64,000 nucleotides of DNA from Octopus vulgaris (Eukaryota). The notes beneath the pieces were generated by a model that was not told the origin of the DNA, searched no databases, and worked only from the letters and a program-made list of their open reading frames with translations. Position numbers and translations under genes: made by a program. The DNA lies in contig OX597817.1 in NCBI GenBank assembly GCA_951406725.2, positions 77,562,001-77,626,000 on the forward strand. Direction: 5' to 3'. Positions within the stretch are counted from its first letter, which is position 1, and every line of letters begins with the position of its first letter. Shown here piece after piece: positions 1-14,319 of this stretch.

Positions 1-216
1 TTCTGTCACGGATCGTTGCACTAATTTGCTTTTATACACTCAACTTATATACAGACTTTAAAAATGAACAATTAGCGAATATCTTAATGAGGTAATTTGC
101 GTGAGAAGGTTATTTATCAACCTTAAAAACCCATTGAGTTCTAATTATGTAACGCGTTAATGGTTCTACTCGTGAAGACACGCAAGCCTACACACTCAAA
201 CACACGCGCACGCACG

Positions 217-255
<39 letters not shown>

Positions 256-690
256 GTACGCATATATTCAAATGCTGATTCAAAATGCGGACACGCGCAT
301 AAACACACATTAACATGCAGGCGTATTTTGTAATATGATGATTGGTGAAACACGCTGCACGGACGCATGCACGCACGCGTACACACAAGCATGCATAAAC
401 ACGCGCGTGCACGCACACATCCACATCCACACACACACAAGTATATATATGTACATATATTACATTTTTGCACGTTTGTGTACGCGTATGTATGTGTGTG
501 TGTGTATGAGTGTGTTTTATGTTAGAATGGACATAATGAATGGTATGTATGCATGTATGTATGTATGTATGTATGTATGTATGTATGTATGTATGTATGT
601 ATGTATGTATGTATGTATGCATGTATGTATGTATGTATGTGTGCGTGCGTGTACGTTTGTATTCATGTACGATGTATGCATATATGCATG

Positions 691-721
<31 letters not shown>

Positions 722-872
722 GTATGTATGTAGAGATGTATATAAGCACGCATGTGTGTATGTATTTATGTATGTATACATGTATCTGAGACGAAGGCGA
801 ACAAAGTGAGACTTCGATATCACTGTCAATCATTTTCCTACTAAAAGCTTAATAAACATGCACTCTACTAAA

Positions 873-1312
<440 letters not shown>

Positions 1313-1858
1313 AATATACACATATATATATAAACAGATCGATAGATACATACATACAGACAAACAGCACCTACAGACGAATAACATGTGTGTGTGCGTG
1401 TGCTTGTGTGTATATGTATACGTGTGTCAGTATCTAAGTGTGTCTCGTGTCTCATAAAGCAATCAGGGTTTTCCTTAATGTTTTAACTTTAAGAATTATT
1501 TTATGGGACACTAATATATTTATGTATGTATATATGTATATTGTAAGGATATTTTCGACGATAACTGACGAGGAATGAGTAACGTTCTGTCTCTTGTGTG
1601 ATTTATTTCGTTTGTTCATTTGCTGTGTTTCAGTTTAAATTTTGGAACTTATATAAATATATGCGCGTGTGTGTGTGTATGTGTGTGTGTGTGTTTGTAC
1701 ATGTATTCTGACATATATACTTACATACACAACGTGCATATATATCTGAACAGACTGACTGACAGATAGATGGACAGATAGATGTATATATAGATATATA
1801 TATATATATATATATATATGTTAATAAAATATATGCAAATATATAAACATATATGTAC

Positions 1859-1957
<99 letters not shown>

Positions 1958-1994
1958 CACGAAGATTCAAACGTGCACACATACTCAGATATTG

Positions 1995-2118
1995 GTCTCA
2001 AATTTTGGCAGTTACTGGGGCGAGCTGAAGTCGATTACATCGAACCCCACAGTATTCAACAGGTACTTACTTGATCGATCCCGAAAGGATGAAAGGCAAA
2101 GTCTAAATCGGCAGAATT
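1995..2118 (-). mobile_element. Meta-domain SINE (family B) fragment
   Basis: gtcgattacatcgaacccc...ggtactta...cgaaaggatgaaaggcaaagt matches the reverse complement of full copies at 31.7 kb and 43.4 kb. Confidence 0.7.
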
Positions 2119-2202
2119 TACATACACGCTCAGAGATTATAAATTTTTATGAACGTCGGCATATTCATAATACTGAATGTTCATACAGATATCACACACA
2201 CA

Positions 2203-2247
<45 letters not shown>

Positions 2248-2650
2248 GCACATCCATGTGAGTGTGTGTGTGTGTGTGTGTGTGAAGGTGTTGGCAAAAT
2301 GCCAATGCTATTCATACGAAAATGCAAATTGGATAGTTGTTGACGCGAATTACTTCGCTCTATAATAATATGCGGTGCCAGTGAAGCGTGCGTACTTCAA
2401 ACGGGCATCGAAACCGCCTTTGCCGATTCGAATTGTCAGGAACTCTTGCCGGTTTGTACGTCGCGTATCACAGTGCGCCTATTTAATGCATGCACGTATG
2501 CATGTATGTATGCATGCATGCATGTATGTATGCATGCATGCATGCATGTATGTACGTATGTATGTTTACACAGGCTCATACATACACACATGCATACATA
2601 CACACGTACAAACACACACACATACATATGTATATATATATACATACATG

Positions 2651-2690
<40 letters not shown>

Positions 2691-2767
2691 CACACACACA
2701 CACACACATACATACACGTGTTGTTTCTTTTGTTATGTTCAATTAGAGAAAATATAATTTTATACCG

Positions 2768-2944
2768 TAATCTATTAATCTGATGGGTCACTTTATACTT
2801 TTGTAGAATACAAATTTATTATTCTTAAACAAGAATATTTTTGACAGTAACTTCGAAATTTCGGCCAGTTAAGCCAATCTGACGATAGTTTAACTGTCTG
2901 AAAGTTCCAGGTCTCTGTCAACAATGTTCTTGCTTAAGAACAAT
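2768..2944. mobile_element. Fold-back repeat with hammerhead-like core (copy 1 of 3)
   Basis: Imperfect inverted arms of about 59 bp (2818-2876 / 2886-2944) centred on atctgacga; homologous to 32275-32386 and to 33482-33635 (opposite orientation). Confidence 0.65.
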
Positions 2945-2947
2945 ATA

Positions 2948-3003
<56 letters not shown>

Positions 3004-3128
3004 TTCATACATACGTACATACACATACATATATACATACATATTTACGTATGCTATATGACATACGTATACACGGAAAAGCGAGATAAACTGGAAGTAT
3101 GTTGTGTATATATTTATACATACGTACG

Positions 3129-3204
<76 letters not shown>

Positions 3205-3652
3205 TGTATGTATGTATGACTATATATATCTGTGTGTGTTGTGTGCGTGTGTGCACGTGTAACGTTTACAGATCACAGTAACGTGAAAATGTCACACGTC
3301 GTGTAAATAAAAGCATGCCGTGTAAATATCATCCGTTCGTAAGAAGAAGAACAAACAACAAAGAAAAAAAAAATCAAAAAAAGAAAATAACAGTAGAAAA
3401 AATAATAATAATAAAAAACAATAATAGATATGCAACATTCGCCCGTTGAAGCTTAGTTAAGAAAATATGGCAAGAATTTTGTTTTTGGAAGCAGCTACTG
3501 AAGCGACAAGTCCTGTAGAATTTTATAGTAAAGGATACCTTTTACTCGTCAGGCGTTTCTGAGATGTGAGTCTGGGATGTTGTTATCGGTTATGAGAGAT
3601 GGATAAGAGATAAACACATATAGATATACACACAGACATGTGCCTGCGTGCA

Positions 3653-3689
<37 letters not shown>

Positions 3690-3710
3690 TGATGATATGT
3701 GTTTGATTTC

Positions 3711-3742
<32 letters not shown>

Positions 3743-3879
3743 CTGTATGTGTGTGCGTTTGTGTTTCGGCGAGTGCGCGTGACCGTGCATTTTATCTGAT
3801 TCACTTTTAAGCTAAATAAATAAATAAATAAATAAATAAGGCACATGTGTTTATTAATGTGTGTGAATATATATTATAC

Positions 3880-3914
<35 letters not shown>

Positions 3915-4098
3915 ACGTGCGCGACCTTACATCTTGGTATGTATATATGCATGTGTGTGTGTCTATACATAAAGACACACACACACACACACACACAAAC
4001 CAACCTTCAATTTCGTTTTTATCCGAAGGCTTTTTAAACCCACCATTCTGCTCGCTATTATCTGTATTATTTACAGCTTTATCAACTTCGAGCTATGC

Positions 4099-4146
<48 letters not shown>

Positions 4147-4793
4147 ATATATATGTGTGTGTGTGTGTGTGTATAACCCCATATATGTGTACATACACAC
4201 ATACATACATACATACATACATACATACATACATACATACATACATACATACATACATACATGCATACATGTATGTATATAATCTGAATGGTCTTGACTA
4301 TATTCAGAACGAGCGCACAAGAAGTCATGTTTTTCCTCTGACGACATTCATCCCCAGTCTCCCAGAGTATTCATATGTCCCAACTTTGGTCACCCTTATA
4401 GTACCAGAATCTGCATTGAACTGTCAGAGCAATCCAAAGGACTCACTAAGAAAAGCAAAAAAAAAAAAAAATGAATAAAAATTAAATGTTGAGGGGGTTC
4501 ATACCAGATGCGCTTTAGAAAGAGGTTGAATGAAAGCTTTGAATATTATTCCTCGGAACGAAGAAGGAAGAAATTATAGGCAATAACTTATGAGTGGAAA
4601 ATCCCTAAGGGACTGGTGCCAAACTTTGTCATTCAATTTCTCAACAAGGGTGCCTTTGCATGGTTGCAAAAGTACTGTTTTCTCCCCTAAGACCGAGAAT
4701 AAGGCAGTGTTTTTCAGCTCTTTCTTTTCTTTACTTTCCTTCTTTCTGTTTGTTGTTTTGCCCCACACTGCGCTTTCGTTTTCAACGGACAAA

Positions 4794-4975
<182 letters not shown>

Positions 4976-5437
4976 ATTTTATACTCAGTAATATCTTAGT
5001 AATAACCTCATAAAGCTCCTATACTTTAAAGTTGTTTAAAATGCTCCTATACTAAGAGTAAAACTCAGCAACCACGAAGCAGAGACAAAGGTTGTAATTT
5101 GTAATTAACGCTTGTTTTTTCATCTTCTTCTATAACTCCTTGTATGTATTATATATATATATATATATATAATCCATACATATTCACCCCCACTCTCTCT
5201 TTCACACACACACACACACACACAGAGCGTATATGTATTTATGTTTGTTTTTAGGCAACGTTATATATAAAAACGATTTAACTTTAAACTGAAGTATCTG
5301 TCAACACTTTTTAGCAGAGTACAGTCAACAGCTTGACAATAATACCGAAGTTTCGGCTTGCTCCTCTAAGAAGTTTAAAGTTTTGTGAAAGTTTTATTTA
5401 CGCGTTGCTTATTTACATCGCATTCTGAAGTAACCTA

Positions 5438-5438
<1 letters not shown>

Positions 5439-5469
<31 letters not shown>

Positions 5470-5714
5470 GCGCCCTTTTAAAGCCTAGCCAGGATCATGG
5501 GACCGGTTTCCCGGTTTCAATGGTGTATATGTTCCCCAGCAGGACGGGACGCCAGTCCATCGCAACGTTACTCATTTTTGCCAGCTGAGTGGACTGGAGC
5601 AACGTGAAATGAAGTGTTTTGCTCAAGGACACAACGTCGCCCGGTCCAGGAATCGAAACTGCAATCTTACGATCATGGTGCTGACGCCCTAACCACTAAG
5701 CAACGCGCATCCAC
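5439..5714 (-). mobile_element. tRNA-SINE with CORE-like plus V-like domains
   Basis: Minus strand reads tRNA head (gcttagtggttaggg...gtttcgattcc), tgtgtccttgagcaaaacactt (CORE-like), gcgatggactggcgtcccgtcc (V-like), the same 3' end as the 988 copy, and a (TTA)n tail. Confidence 0.8.
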
Positions 5715-6040
5715 GAAGTAAGCTACGCTTAAGTAAAAACAATATCAAGTCCCACTTAGGGTGCGGGCCCCAACTTTGAGAGATACTGATATAAGAAGGT
5801 ATGGCAGGGTCATCGGTTTAGAAAGGGGAGGCTCTTCAATACTCTCCCTCAAAATATTAAAGCCTAAACTTGGAAAGGGTTTCGACATTTGTTAAAAGGG
5901 ACTTTTGGTAGCCTGCTGTGAATAGTCGCGGACGAACTTAGATCGTGGCCGTTGCAGAAGGAGAGTATGAAGCTGGCAAATTCGTTTATGCTTGTCCATG
6001 TAATACTGAGCTCAGAGATAAAATAAACGTCATAACACAT

Positions 6041-6111
6041 CATCTACTTCAGCCTTGGGCCGACCAAAAACATGTGAGTGGATTTGGCGGCCGGACACTG
6101 AAAGAAGGGCG

Positions 6112-6113
<2 letters not shown>
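6041..6113 (+). mobile_element. CORE-type SINE (family A) fragment
   Basis: agccttgggccgaccaaa...gtgagtggatttgg...ctgaaagaag matches the family A body. Confidence 0.65.
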
Positions 6114-6193
<80 letters not shown>

Positions 6194-6232
6194 AATCACA
6201 ATATATATCACCCACAACGCATGCATTTCTGT

Positions 6233-6265
<33 letters not shown>

Positions 6266-6289
6266 TATATATGCATATATATATATGCA

Positions 6290-6335
<46 letters not shown>

Positions 6336-6361
6336 TGCATATATATATATATATATATATA

Positions 6362-6397
<36 letters not shown>

Positions 6398-6409
6398 TAT
6401 ATATATATG

Positions 6410-6552
<143 letters not shown>

Positions 6553-6978
6553 CCTATGTATACACACCTAAAATTTTCTTAATGCATTGTTTTTTGTGCC
6601 TATATACATCAGCCCATCTTTTCTTCCTTCTATACATATTTATATATATATATATATTTGTATGTATATATATATATATCTATGTATATATATATCTTTA
6701 TCTCTCCATCAGGTCTTGTGTCCGTTCGTCCATCCATACAATCACATAATATCACTCCTCTCCATCCATCCATAACATTATCTGACCATCCAGCCAAGCA
6801 TATCGTCTTGATACCGGTTTACGTGATATGACTTAATATCAACGTACAATAGGATTACAGATAAGAGTTGTATCAACCTTGTATATAAAAATACTTCCAA
6901 TAAAATAAATAAATATATAATGTCCTTCCTTTTTCGGTTAAGAAATATAAATATAGAAGCTATATTATTACATCGAAA

Positions 6979-7115
6979 CAGGCATGGTTACGTTGTTAAG
7001 AGGTTCAGTCCTGCTCGGAGGCACAAAGGTTGAGTACATCCTTCTACTGTAACTCTGGGTCGACCAATACTTTGTGAATGAATTTAGTAGACGGAAACTG
7101 TATAGGAGCCCTTCG
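6979..7115 (+). mobile_element. Family A SINE, old diverged 5' half
   Basis: ggttcagtcc...cttctactgtaactctgggtcgaccaa...tagacggaaactg. Confidence 0.6.
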
Positions 7116-7384
7116 TATATATTATGCGTGTAACTGTGAATGTGTGTTTGTAGCAAGAGGACGGATATGATATCCAAGCAAATACCGAATTTCTCTATGT
7201 AAAATACCAAGGCCGGTTCCTTGTCGGACAATTATTATGAACAAGCTAACAGGAAATCAACCTAAAGTTTGAATATTCAAATTCTTCATTCTCCATATTA
7301 TCAATATGTGTGTGTGTGTGTGTGTGTGTGTTTTTACGAAAAACAAAAGATTAGCGGTCTTTCCCGAGTCGTAGGATCACAATG

Positions 7385-7565
7385 CTGGTTTCCCGGATTC
7401 TGTGACGTATATATTTATTCCGGTCCTGGACGGGATGCCTGTCCGTCGCAGGATGATTCCTTTTTGTCAGCTGAGTGGACTGCGGCAACGAAAACTGAAG
7501 TATTTTGTTAAAGAACACGGACGCATCGCCCACTCCAGGGACTGAGACCATAAACATACGATCAT
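7385..7565 (-). mobile_element. Diverged V-domain SINE fragment
   Basis: ggtttcccgg...ctggacgggatgcctgtccgtcgcagg...gtcagctgagtggactg aligns to the 5439-5714 copy. Confidence 0.6.
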
Positions 7566-7770
7566 CATCATCGTCATTATTATTTTTTGAAAATCATTCC
7601 ACTACATGTGTGTGTGTGTGTGACACTTTATCTCTGTCTTTGTATGGTCCCCTCATCTTTCGCCCTGGTGTCAACTAAAAGAAATCATCATCATCATCAT
7701 TGTTGTATAAACTTAAAAGAATTAGTTACAAACTGTGGCATAAGTTCGTCATTTTAGCGCAAAAGGGTTA

Positions 7771-7801
<31 letters not shown>

Positions 7802-7904
7802 CTCTGTTTTGTCACTTTATGTTTTAATTGATTTTTGTTAGCCCTTGTGGCCAATAAACGAACGAGTTGCAAAAAAGAAAAAAGAAATATAACATGTGAC
7901 TTCA

Positions 7905-8224
7905 TTGACCGAGGTTACCGTGGTCTTTTCTGTAGGCTTTTCTTTCCACGGGTAAACCTCACCTGTCCTCCCCTTTACACTTCATATTGACATTTCTGTG
8001 ATTACGATCCCTATTGATCAACTTTTTTTTCCTCTCCCCTTTTCTTTTTTTTTCCTCTCCCCCACCTTTTTTTTTAAATCCTCCCCATTTTTTGTCCTCT
8101 TTCTTTCCTTTTACGATCCCTTTTGATCGAAAACCAACACCCTTTTATTTTTTCCCCCAAAAGAAAAGCTCTACCTTGTAATTTGTTCTGTCTGTGAGCA
8201 GCTCTGTGTGGCTAATAAAGAAAC
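7905..8224 (+). mobile_element. 3' UTR of a putative LINE (AATAAA-terminated, possibly L1/Tx1-like)
   Basis: Pyrimidine-rich tract, tacgatccc...gatc hairpins, aagaaaagctctaccttgtaa...tgtgtggctaataaagaaa, then a microsatellite; the same end recurs at 12461-12680 (-) and 55900-56033 (+). The clade is inferred. Confidence 0.55.
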
Positions 8225-8225
8225 A

Positions 8226-8267
<42 letters not shown>

Positions 8268-8384
8268 TATCATTATTACTATTATTATTATTATTATTAT
8301 TATTAATCACTACTTAACGTTAAATGTTACTTTATGGAATACTATAAGTATTTACATAAAAATACATAACATATGATATCAAAT

Positions 8385-8416
<32 letters not shown>

Positions 8417-8420
8417 ACAC

Positions 8421-8648
8421 GCGAGAGCGTGTTGAAAAGTTCCTGACTTCAAAGGTATCGCGAAAGGTCTGCTTTAGCAGCCTAAATTTCGAGTTCTTTT
8501 ACGGGGCTTAGAAAAAAAAAAAAATGAAGGGCCACTGTAATAAGTGTGTGAATCAGGGAAAGGAATATGTTAAATAAAATGATAATTAACTGATCCTTTT
8601 CTATTTTCTTTTACTCAAATCTAGGTACTTTTCCGCATCACCTCATAA
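8421..8648 (+). mobile_element. Mariner-derived non-autonomous element
   Basis: Degenerate TIRs (cgagagcgtgttgaaaagttcctg / taggtacttttccgcatcacctcata); interior resembles a decayed mariner transposase C-terminus (FTGL...CNKCVN.G.EYV). Confidence 0.65.
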
Positions 8649-8682
8649 TATATGATATGGCTATAAAAACATATACGTATGT

Positions 8683-8849
8683 TATTTCTTTATTGCTCAC
8701 AAGGGGCTAAACATAGAGGGGTCAAACAAGGACAGACATAGGTATTAAGTCGATTATATCGACCCCAGTGCGTAATTGGTACTTAATTTATCGACCCCGA
8801 AAGGATGAAAGGCAAAGTCGACCTCGGTGGAATTTGAACTCAGAACGTA
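8683..8849 (-). mobile_element. Meta-domain SINE (family B), 5'-truncated
   Basis: Near-identical to the 31697-31935 copy. Confidence 0.85.
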
Positions 8850-8869
8850 TGTAATGCAAGGTATACATA

Positions 8870-8977
8870 ATGCATATATGCACATACATATATATATATA
8901 TAGATATAGCTATGTATGTATGCGTGTATACACACAGCATTGTTTTAAATGTAATAGCTGTGAAGTGATACTTCGAA

Positions 8978-9025
<48 letters not shown>

Positions 9026-9081
9026 GACACACTCACACACACACACACACATGTGTGTATGTATGTCGGTAGGTAGGCATG

Positions 9082-9115
<34 letters not shown>

Positions 9116-9329
9116 TGTATGTATGTATGTATGTATGTATGTAGGTAGGTAGGTATATATGTATATAGGTAGGTATGTATATATGTAAGCATGTATGTAT
9201 GTATGTATGTATGTATGTATGTATGTATGTATGTATGTATGTATGTATGTATGTATGTATGTAGGTAGGTAGGTAGGTAGATAGGTAGGTAGGTAGGTAT
9301 GTATATATGTATGTAGGTAGGTAGGTATG

Positions 9330-9363
<34 letters not shown>

Positions 9364-9613
9364 TGTATGTATGTATGTATGTATGTATGTATATATGTAA
9401 GTATGTATGTATGTATGTATGTAGGTAGGTAGGTAGGTACGTATATATGTATGTAGATAGGTAGGTATGTATATATGTATGTATGTATGTATGTAGATAG
9501 GTATGTATGTATGTATGTATGTATTTATGTATGTATGTATGCATGTATGTATGTATGTATGTATGTATGTATGTATGTATGTATGTATGTATGTATGTAT
9601 GTATGTATGTATG
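8870..9613. repeat. Compound (CA)n/(TATG)n/(TAGG)n microsatellite; representative of dozens of such tracts
   Basis: Direct reading. Confidence 0.95.
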
Positions 9614-9878
9614 CGTTTGAAGCTGGAATCGAAACTAGGACGCTGGCTTTCCTAATCGGCGAGGTAAGCCAACAACAGATTAGGCAACTTCGGCGCCTGC
9701 CTCAGGAATTTCAGACTGGCTGGTCTTTTCACACTTGATGAGATCGTTTATTTTGATGGAAAACCCGTTCGCTTAAATTACGACTCGCGCGTGTGTGTGT
9801 GCGTGTGTTCGTGTGCTTGACTAGCAGAGTGCGCGTAGCATTTCTTTCTTCCATTCTTCCTTCCTTTCTTACTTTCCT

Positions 9879-9942
<64 letters not shown>

Positions 9943-10049
9943 TGCGTGTGTGTGTGTTCACGTTTGTGTGTGTGTGATTAGTAAGAGCGTGTATGCGTTT
10001 CTCTGTGTGTGTGTGTGTGTGTATAAACTTACTTGGAAATGGTTTTATA

Positions 10050-10406
10050 TCTCTCTCTATATAAACGGCAGTTTGTCTGTGCGTTTTCTGTGTGTCTGTT
10101 TTCTCGTTCACCCTGACCACGGCTTTCAACCGATTCTGATATACACACACATATAATTCAAAACTAACGCAGCGAAAATTTTGAAAAGTTCCCCCAGTTC
10201 TGAAAAAACGATAAATTCGACATGGGGTCGAGAATCAGAAGGCCAAACCACAGACCGTCTAGGGGACGCAACTCCACCTTTTTAACTCTCAAAAAAATTT
10301 ACCATCATTTTTTTCCCATCTTTTTGCTATTTTTTGGCTATAACTCTCTAAAAATGCTTTATAGTTATTTCCCTTACAAACCTGAGCAACGCCGGGCGAT
10401 ACTGTA

Positions 10407-10407
<1 letters not shown>
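10050..10407 (+). mobile_element. Non-autonomous Helitron
   Basis: A|TC 5' end; 3' hairpin cctgagcaacgccggg followed by actg(c)tag|T; the last ~120 bp are shared with the copies at 40.2 kb and 49.4-50.3 kb. Confidence 0.75.
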
Positions 10408-10493
<86 letters not shown>

Positions 10494-10665
10494 CGTGTGT
10501 GTGTGTGTTTGCGCCTTTGTTTGTGAGCATACATATATACGTATATAGCACGCACACACACACATATGTATGTATGTATGTATGTATGTATGTGTGTGTG
10601 TGTGTGTGTGTGTATAGATATGCGTTTGTCTGGGGAAGTGGAATGAAAGATCGTATTAGTGGTGG

Positions 10666-10707
<42 letters not shown>

Positions 10708-11266
10708 ATATTTGTGTGCGTGCGCACATGTGTGTGTGTGTGTGTGTGTGTGTGTAGGTCGTGCAATAGAAGAGATGATGCTGGTGAGGGCGATAATGGC
10801 GGCGGTGGCGGCGGCATGGAAGATAGTTAGAGGCTTAGCTGTCGCGTGTGCGCGGCGTCGAAGCCCGTAAACATGCGTGTTGCACGCGCTCGGGCAAGCG
10901 CCGCTAAGAAGCCCCTTCTCTCTCTCTCTCTCTCTTTCCAACGCACCCCTTCCCCACCGTTTTTTCCTACCTTCTTTCCCCTCCACCCTCTTTCCTTCCA
11001 CCCGTCAAATCATTCGGTTACGGACGTGTCTTCAGGGTGCGTGGTGGTGGTGGTGGGGGGAAGTGCTGAGGTAATTTGAGAAGATGAAGACGTCTTATTG
11101 AAAGATAGGCAGGAAAAGAAAGGAAAAAGAGGTGGAAAGAAGGCGCTGGGTGAAGCGAACTGAAGATAGAAAGGCAGATTGTAGAATGTACAAGAAAGAA
11201 AGAAAGAAAGAAAGAAAGATCAGTTAGGTAAAAAGGTATATACATAATATATGGGTGAAATTTTTT

Positions 11267-11310
<44 letters not shown>

Positions 11311-11315
<5 letters not shown>

Positions 11316-11490
11316 TAATCCAAACAAGAAAACACAGAAAAAAAACACAGCAACGCAGGACGAGGAACAATTAAAGTATTATTGACGCTCAGGAAAGAAG
11401 GGAAGGAGGGTTTAACGTTTCGAGCGGAGCTCTTCGTCGGAAACAAGGAGGAGGAAAGATCCCAAGAAGGGAAGACAGAGGAAAAAATAT
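11311..11490 (-). mobile_element. Penelope-like pseudo-LTR fragment carrying a minimal hammerhead motif
   Basis: Flanked by (TA)n and contains the motif at 11409-11444; the association of such motifs with Penelope-like elements is established, but no ORF is present here. Confidence 0.5.
11409..11444 (-). ncRNA. Minimal type I hammerhead ribozyme-like motif (U4C core variant)
   Basis: Minus strand GUUU-CCGACGA-A-GAGC-UCC-GCUC-GAA-ACGU-U-AAAC: stem I GUUU/AAAC, stem II GAGC/GCUC, palindromic stem III. Confidence 0.6.
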
Positions 11491-11509
11491 TTGAGCTGGT
11501 GGTGCTCAA

Positions 11510-11576
<67 letters not shown>

Positions 11577-11580
<4 letters not shown>

Positions 11581-11745
11581 AAAAAATACAGAATGGGACA
11601 AGAACGCAAAACATCCAGACAGTTAGGTGATACAAAAATGGGACAACAAAACATCCAGATAGACGATACAAAGAAAACAAGGACGGGTCATTCGAAGTTT
11701 TCTTTCCTCAGTCAAGTACCAGATTATCTTCGCAATTTCGGCTGA
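11577..11745 (-). mobile_element. Unclassified repeat (second copy at 62812-63033) with a hammerhead-like variant
   Basis: Both loci share aaacatccagacagtta..gatacaaaaa, gtcattcg..ttttct..tcagtc.ag..ccaga and tttcggctg. Confidence 0.55.
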
Positions 11746-11828
11746 TTATATATATGTGTGTGTTTGTGTGTGTGTGTGTATGTGTATGTATGTATGTATG
11801 TATGTATGTATGTATGTATGTATGTATG

Positions 11829-11880
<52 letters not shown>

Positions 11881-12185
11881 CACAGTGAAATGACTGAAAC
11901 AAGTAAAAGAATTTAAAAAATAGTATATACATAGGTAGATAGATAGAAAGATAGATAAATAATTAGATAGGAGAATAGATGATTAGAAAGACAGGAAGAA
12001 AGATAAATGGATAGAGGAAGAGAAACAGATACATACGTACGTAGAAATGCAGGTAGACAGATCGACAAATAGGTAAAAAGATATGCTGATAGATAAATGG
12101 GAAAGTATATAGATGGACAGGTAGAATGACTGATAAGTAGATAGAGCGATAAATAGAACGATAGAAGGAGAGAGAGAGAGAGAGG

Positions 12186-12253
<68 letters not shown>

Positions 12254-12278
12254 CAGATAGATAGACATACAGATAGAC

Positions 12279-12400
<122 letters not shown>

Positions 12401-12406
12401 ATAGAC

Positions 12407-12460
<54 letters not shown>

Positions 12461-12680
12461 GTTTCTTTATTGGCCACACAGGGCTGCACACAGATGGGAC
12501 AAGTTACAAGGTAGAGCTTTTCTTTTGGGGGATGAAAAAAACAAAAAACAAAAGAAACAAAAAATTAAGGGGTGGCGTAGGTTTTCGATCAAGAGGGATC
12601 GTAAAAGGGAAGAAAAGAACAAAAAAAATAAATTTAAAAAATAAAAATAGAAAAAGAAGAAAAAGGGGGGAAAAAGGAGA
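12461..12680 (-). mobile_element. 3' end of the same AATAAA-terminated LINE-like family
   Basis: Reverse complement aagaaaagctctaccttgtaacttgtcccatctgtgtgcagccctgtgtggccaataaagaaac running into (TATC)n. Confidence 0.55.
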
Positions 12681-13154
12681 AGAGGAAAAGATAGATAGAT
12701 AGGTTGGTAGGTAGGTAGGTAGGTAGACAGACGGATAGATAAAATGGAATGTAGTGTGAAGGTCCAGTTGATTGGGACTTCAAGTTCCGCTTCTCAGCTT
12801 ATTTAACCATTATTCAAATATTTATATTCGTTCCTTTAACAGAGGAAAATACCACTCTACGGAAAGTTATGCGAATGAAAATGCCACCCGTTGATATTCC
12901 ATTCTCGAAGAAAAATAATTCCAATACCAGAAATAAATAAATAAATAAATAAATACACTTGCTCCCCAACCGAGTGGTCTTGGGTTTAGTCGCACTGTAC
13001 GGCACCTCGGCCAAGTGTCTTCTTCTATGGCACCATACATACATACATACATACATACATACATACATACATACATTCATACATACATACATACATACAT
13101 ACATACATACATACATACATACATACATACATACGTACGTACGTACATACATAT

Positions 13155-13651
<497 letters not shown>

Positions 13652-13676
13652 TATATATATACATACATACATACAT

Positions 13677-13722
<46 letters not shown>

Positions 13723-13727
13723 GTGCA

Positions 13728-13940
13728 TGTGTGTTTGTGTCTGTGTTTGAACCCCGCCACCACCATTTGTCAACTGGTGTTAGTTTGTTTACGTCCCATG
13801 TATGACTAGGCATTTCGGTAAAAGAGACTGATAGAATAACAAGTCATAGGGCCGAATTTATTTCATTAATATCCTTTTTTCAAAGCGGTGCTCCAGCATG
13901 GCCCCTGTCCAATGACTGAAACAAGTAAGATTTTAAAGAT
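13728..13940 (+). mobile_element. Family A SINE 3' half
   Basis: gtttacgtccc...gcggtgctccagcatggc...aatgactgaaacaagtaa. Confidence 0.75.
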
Positions 13941-14239
13941 ACAACACTCGATAGGAGACAACAATGGATCATTCTATGGGGTCATTCATCATGTTAGAAA
14001 TAGCAGGAATTGAATTTCAAACGTAAAGAGCCAGAAAAAAGAAAGAAAGAAAGAAAGAAAGAAAATAGAAAATGAAGAAAAATAACTATAACAACAGCAT
14101 TCGAATTTTTTTTTTAATCCGGAATGGTCTTGGTCGGATTACCTTTAATTATCGGTGTTTTCGATCGAAGTTGATCTGGGAGTAAGCGACAACGACAACA
14201 GACCCAGGTCAAGGAGGGAGTCTGTACGTGGTAACACGA

Positions 14240-14288
14240 AATGTTAGAAATAACAGCCAAATAGCCTTGAAATAACAATCTATCGTCT

Positions 14289-14319
<31 letters not shown>

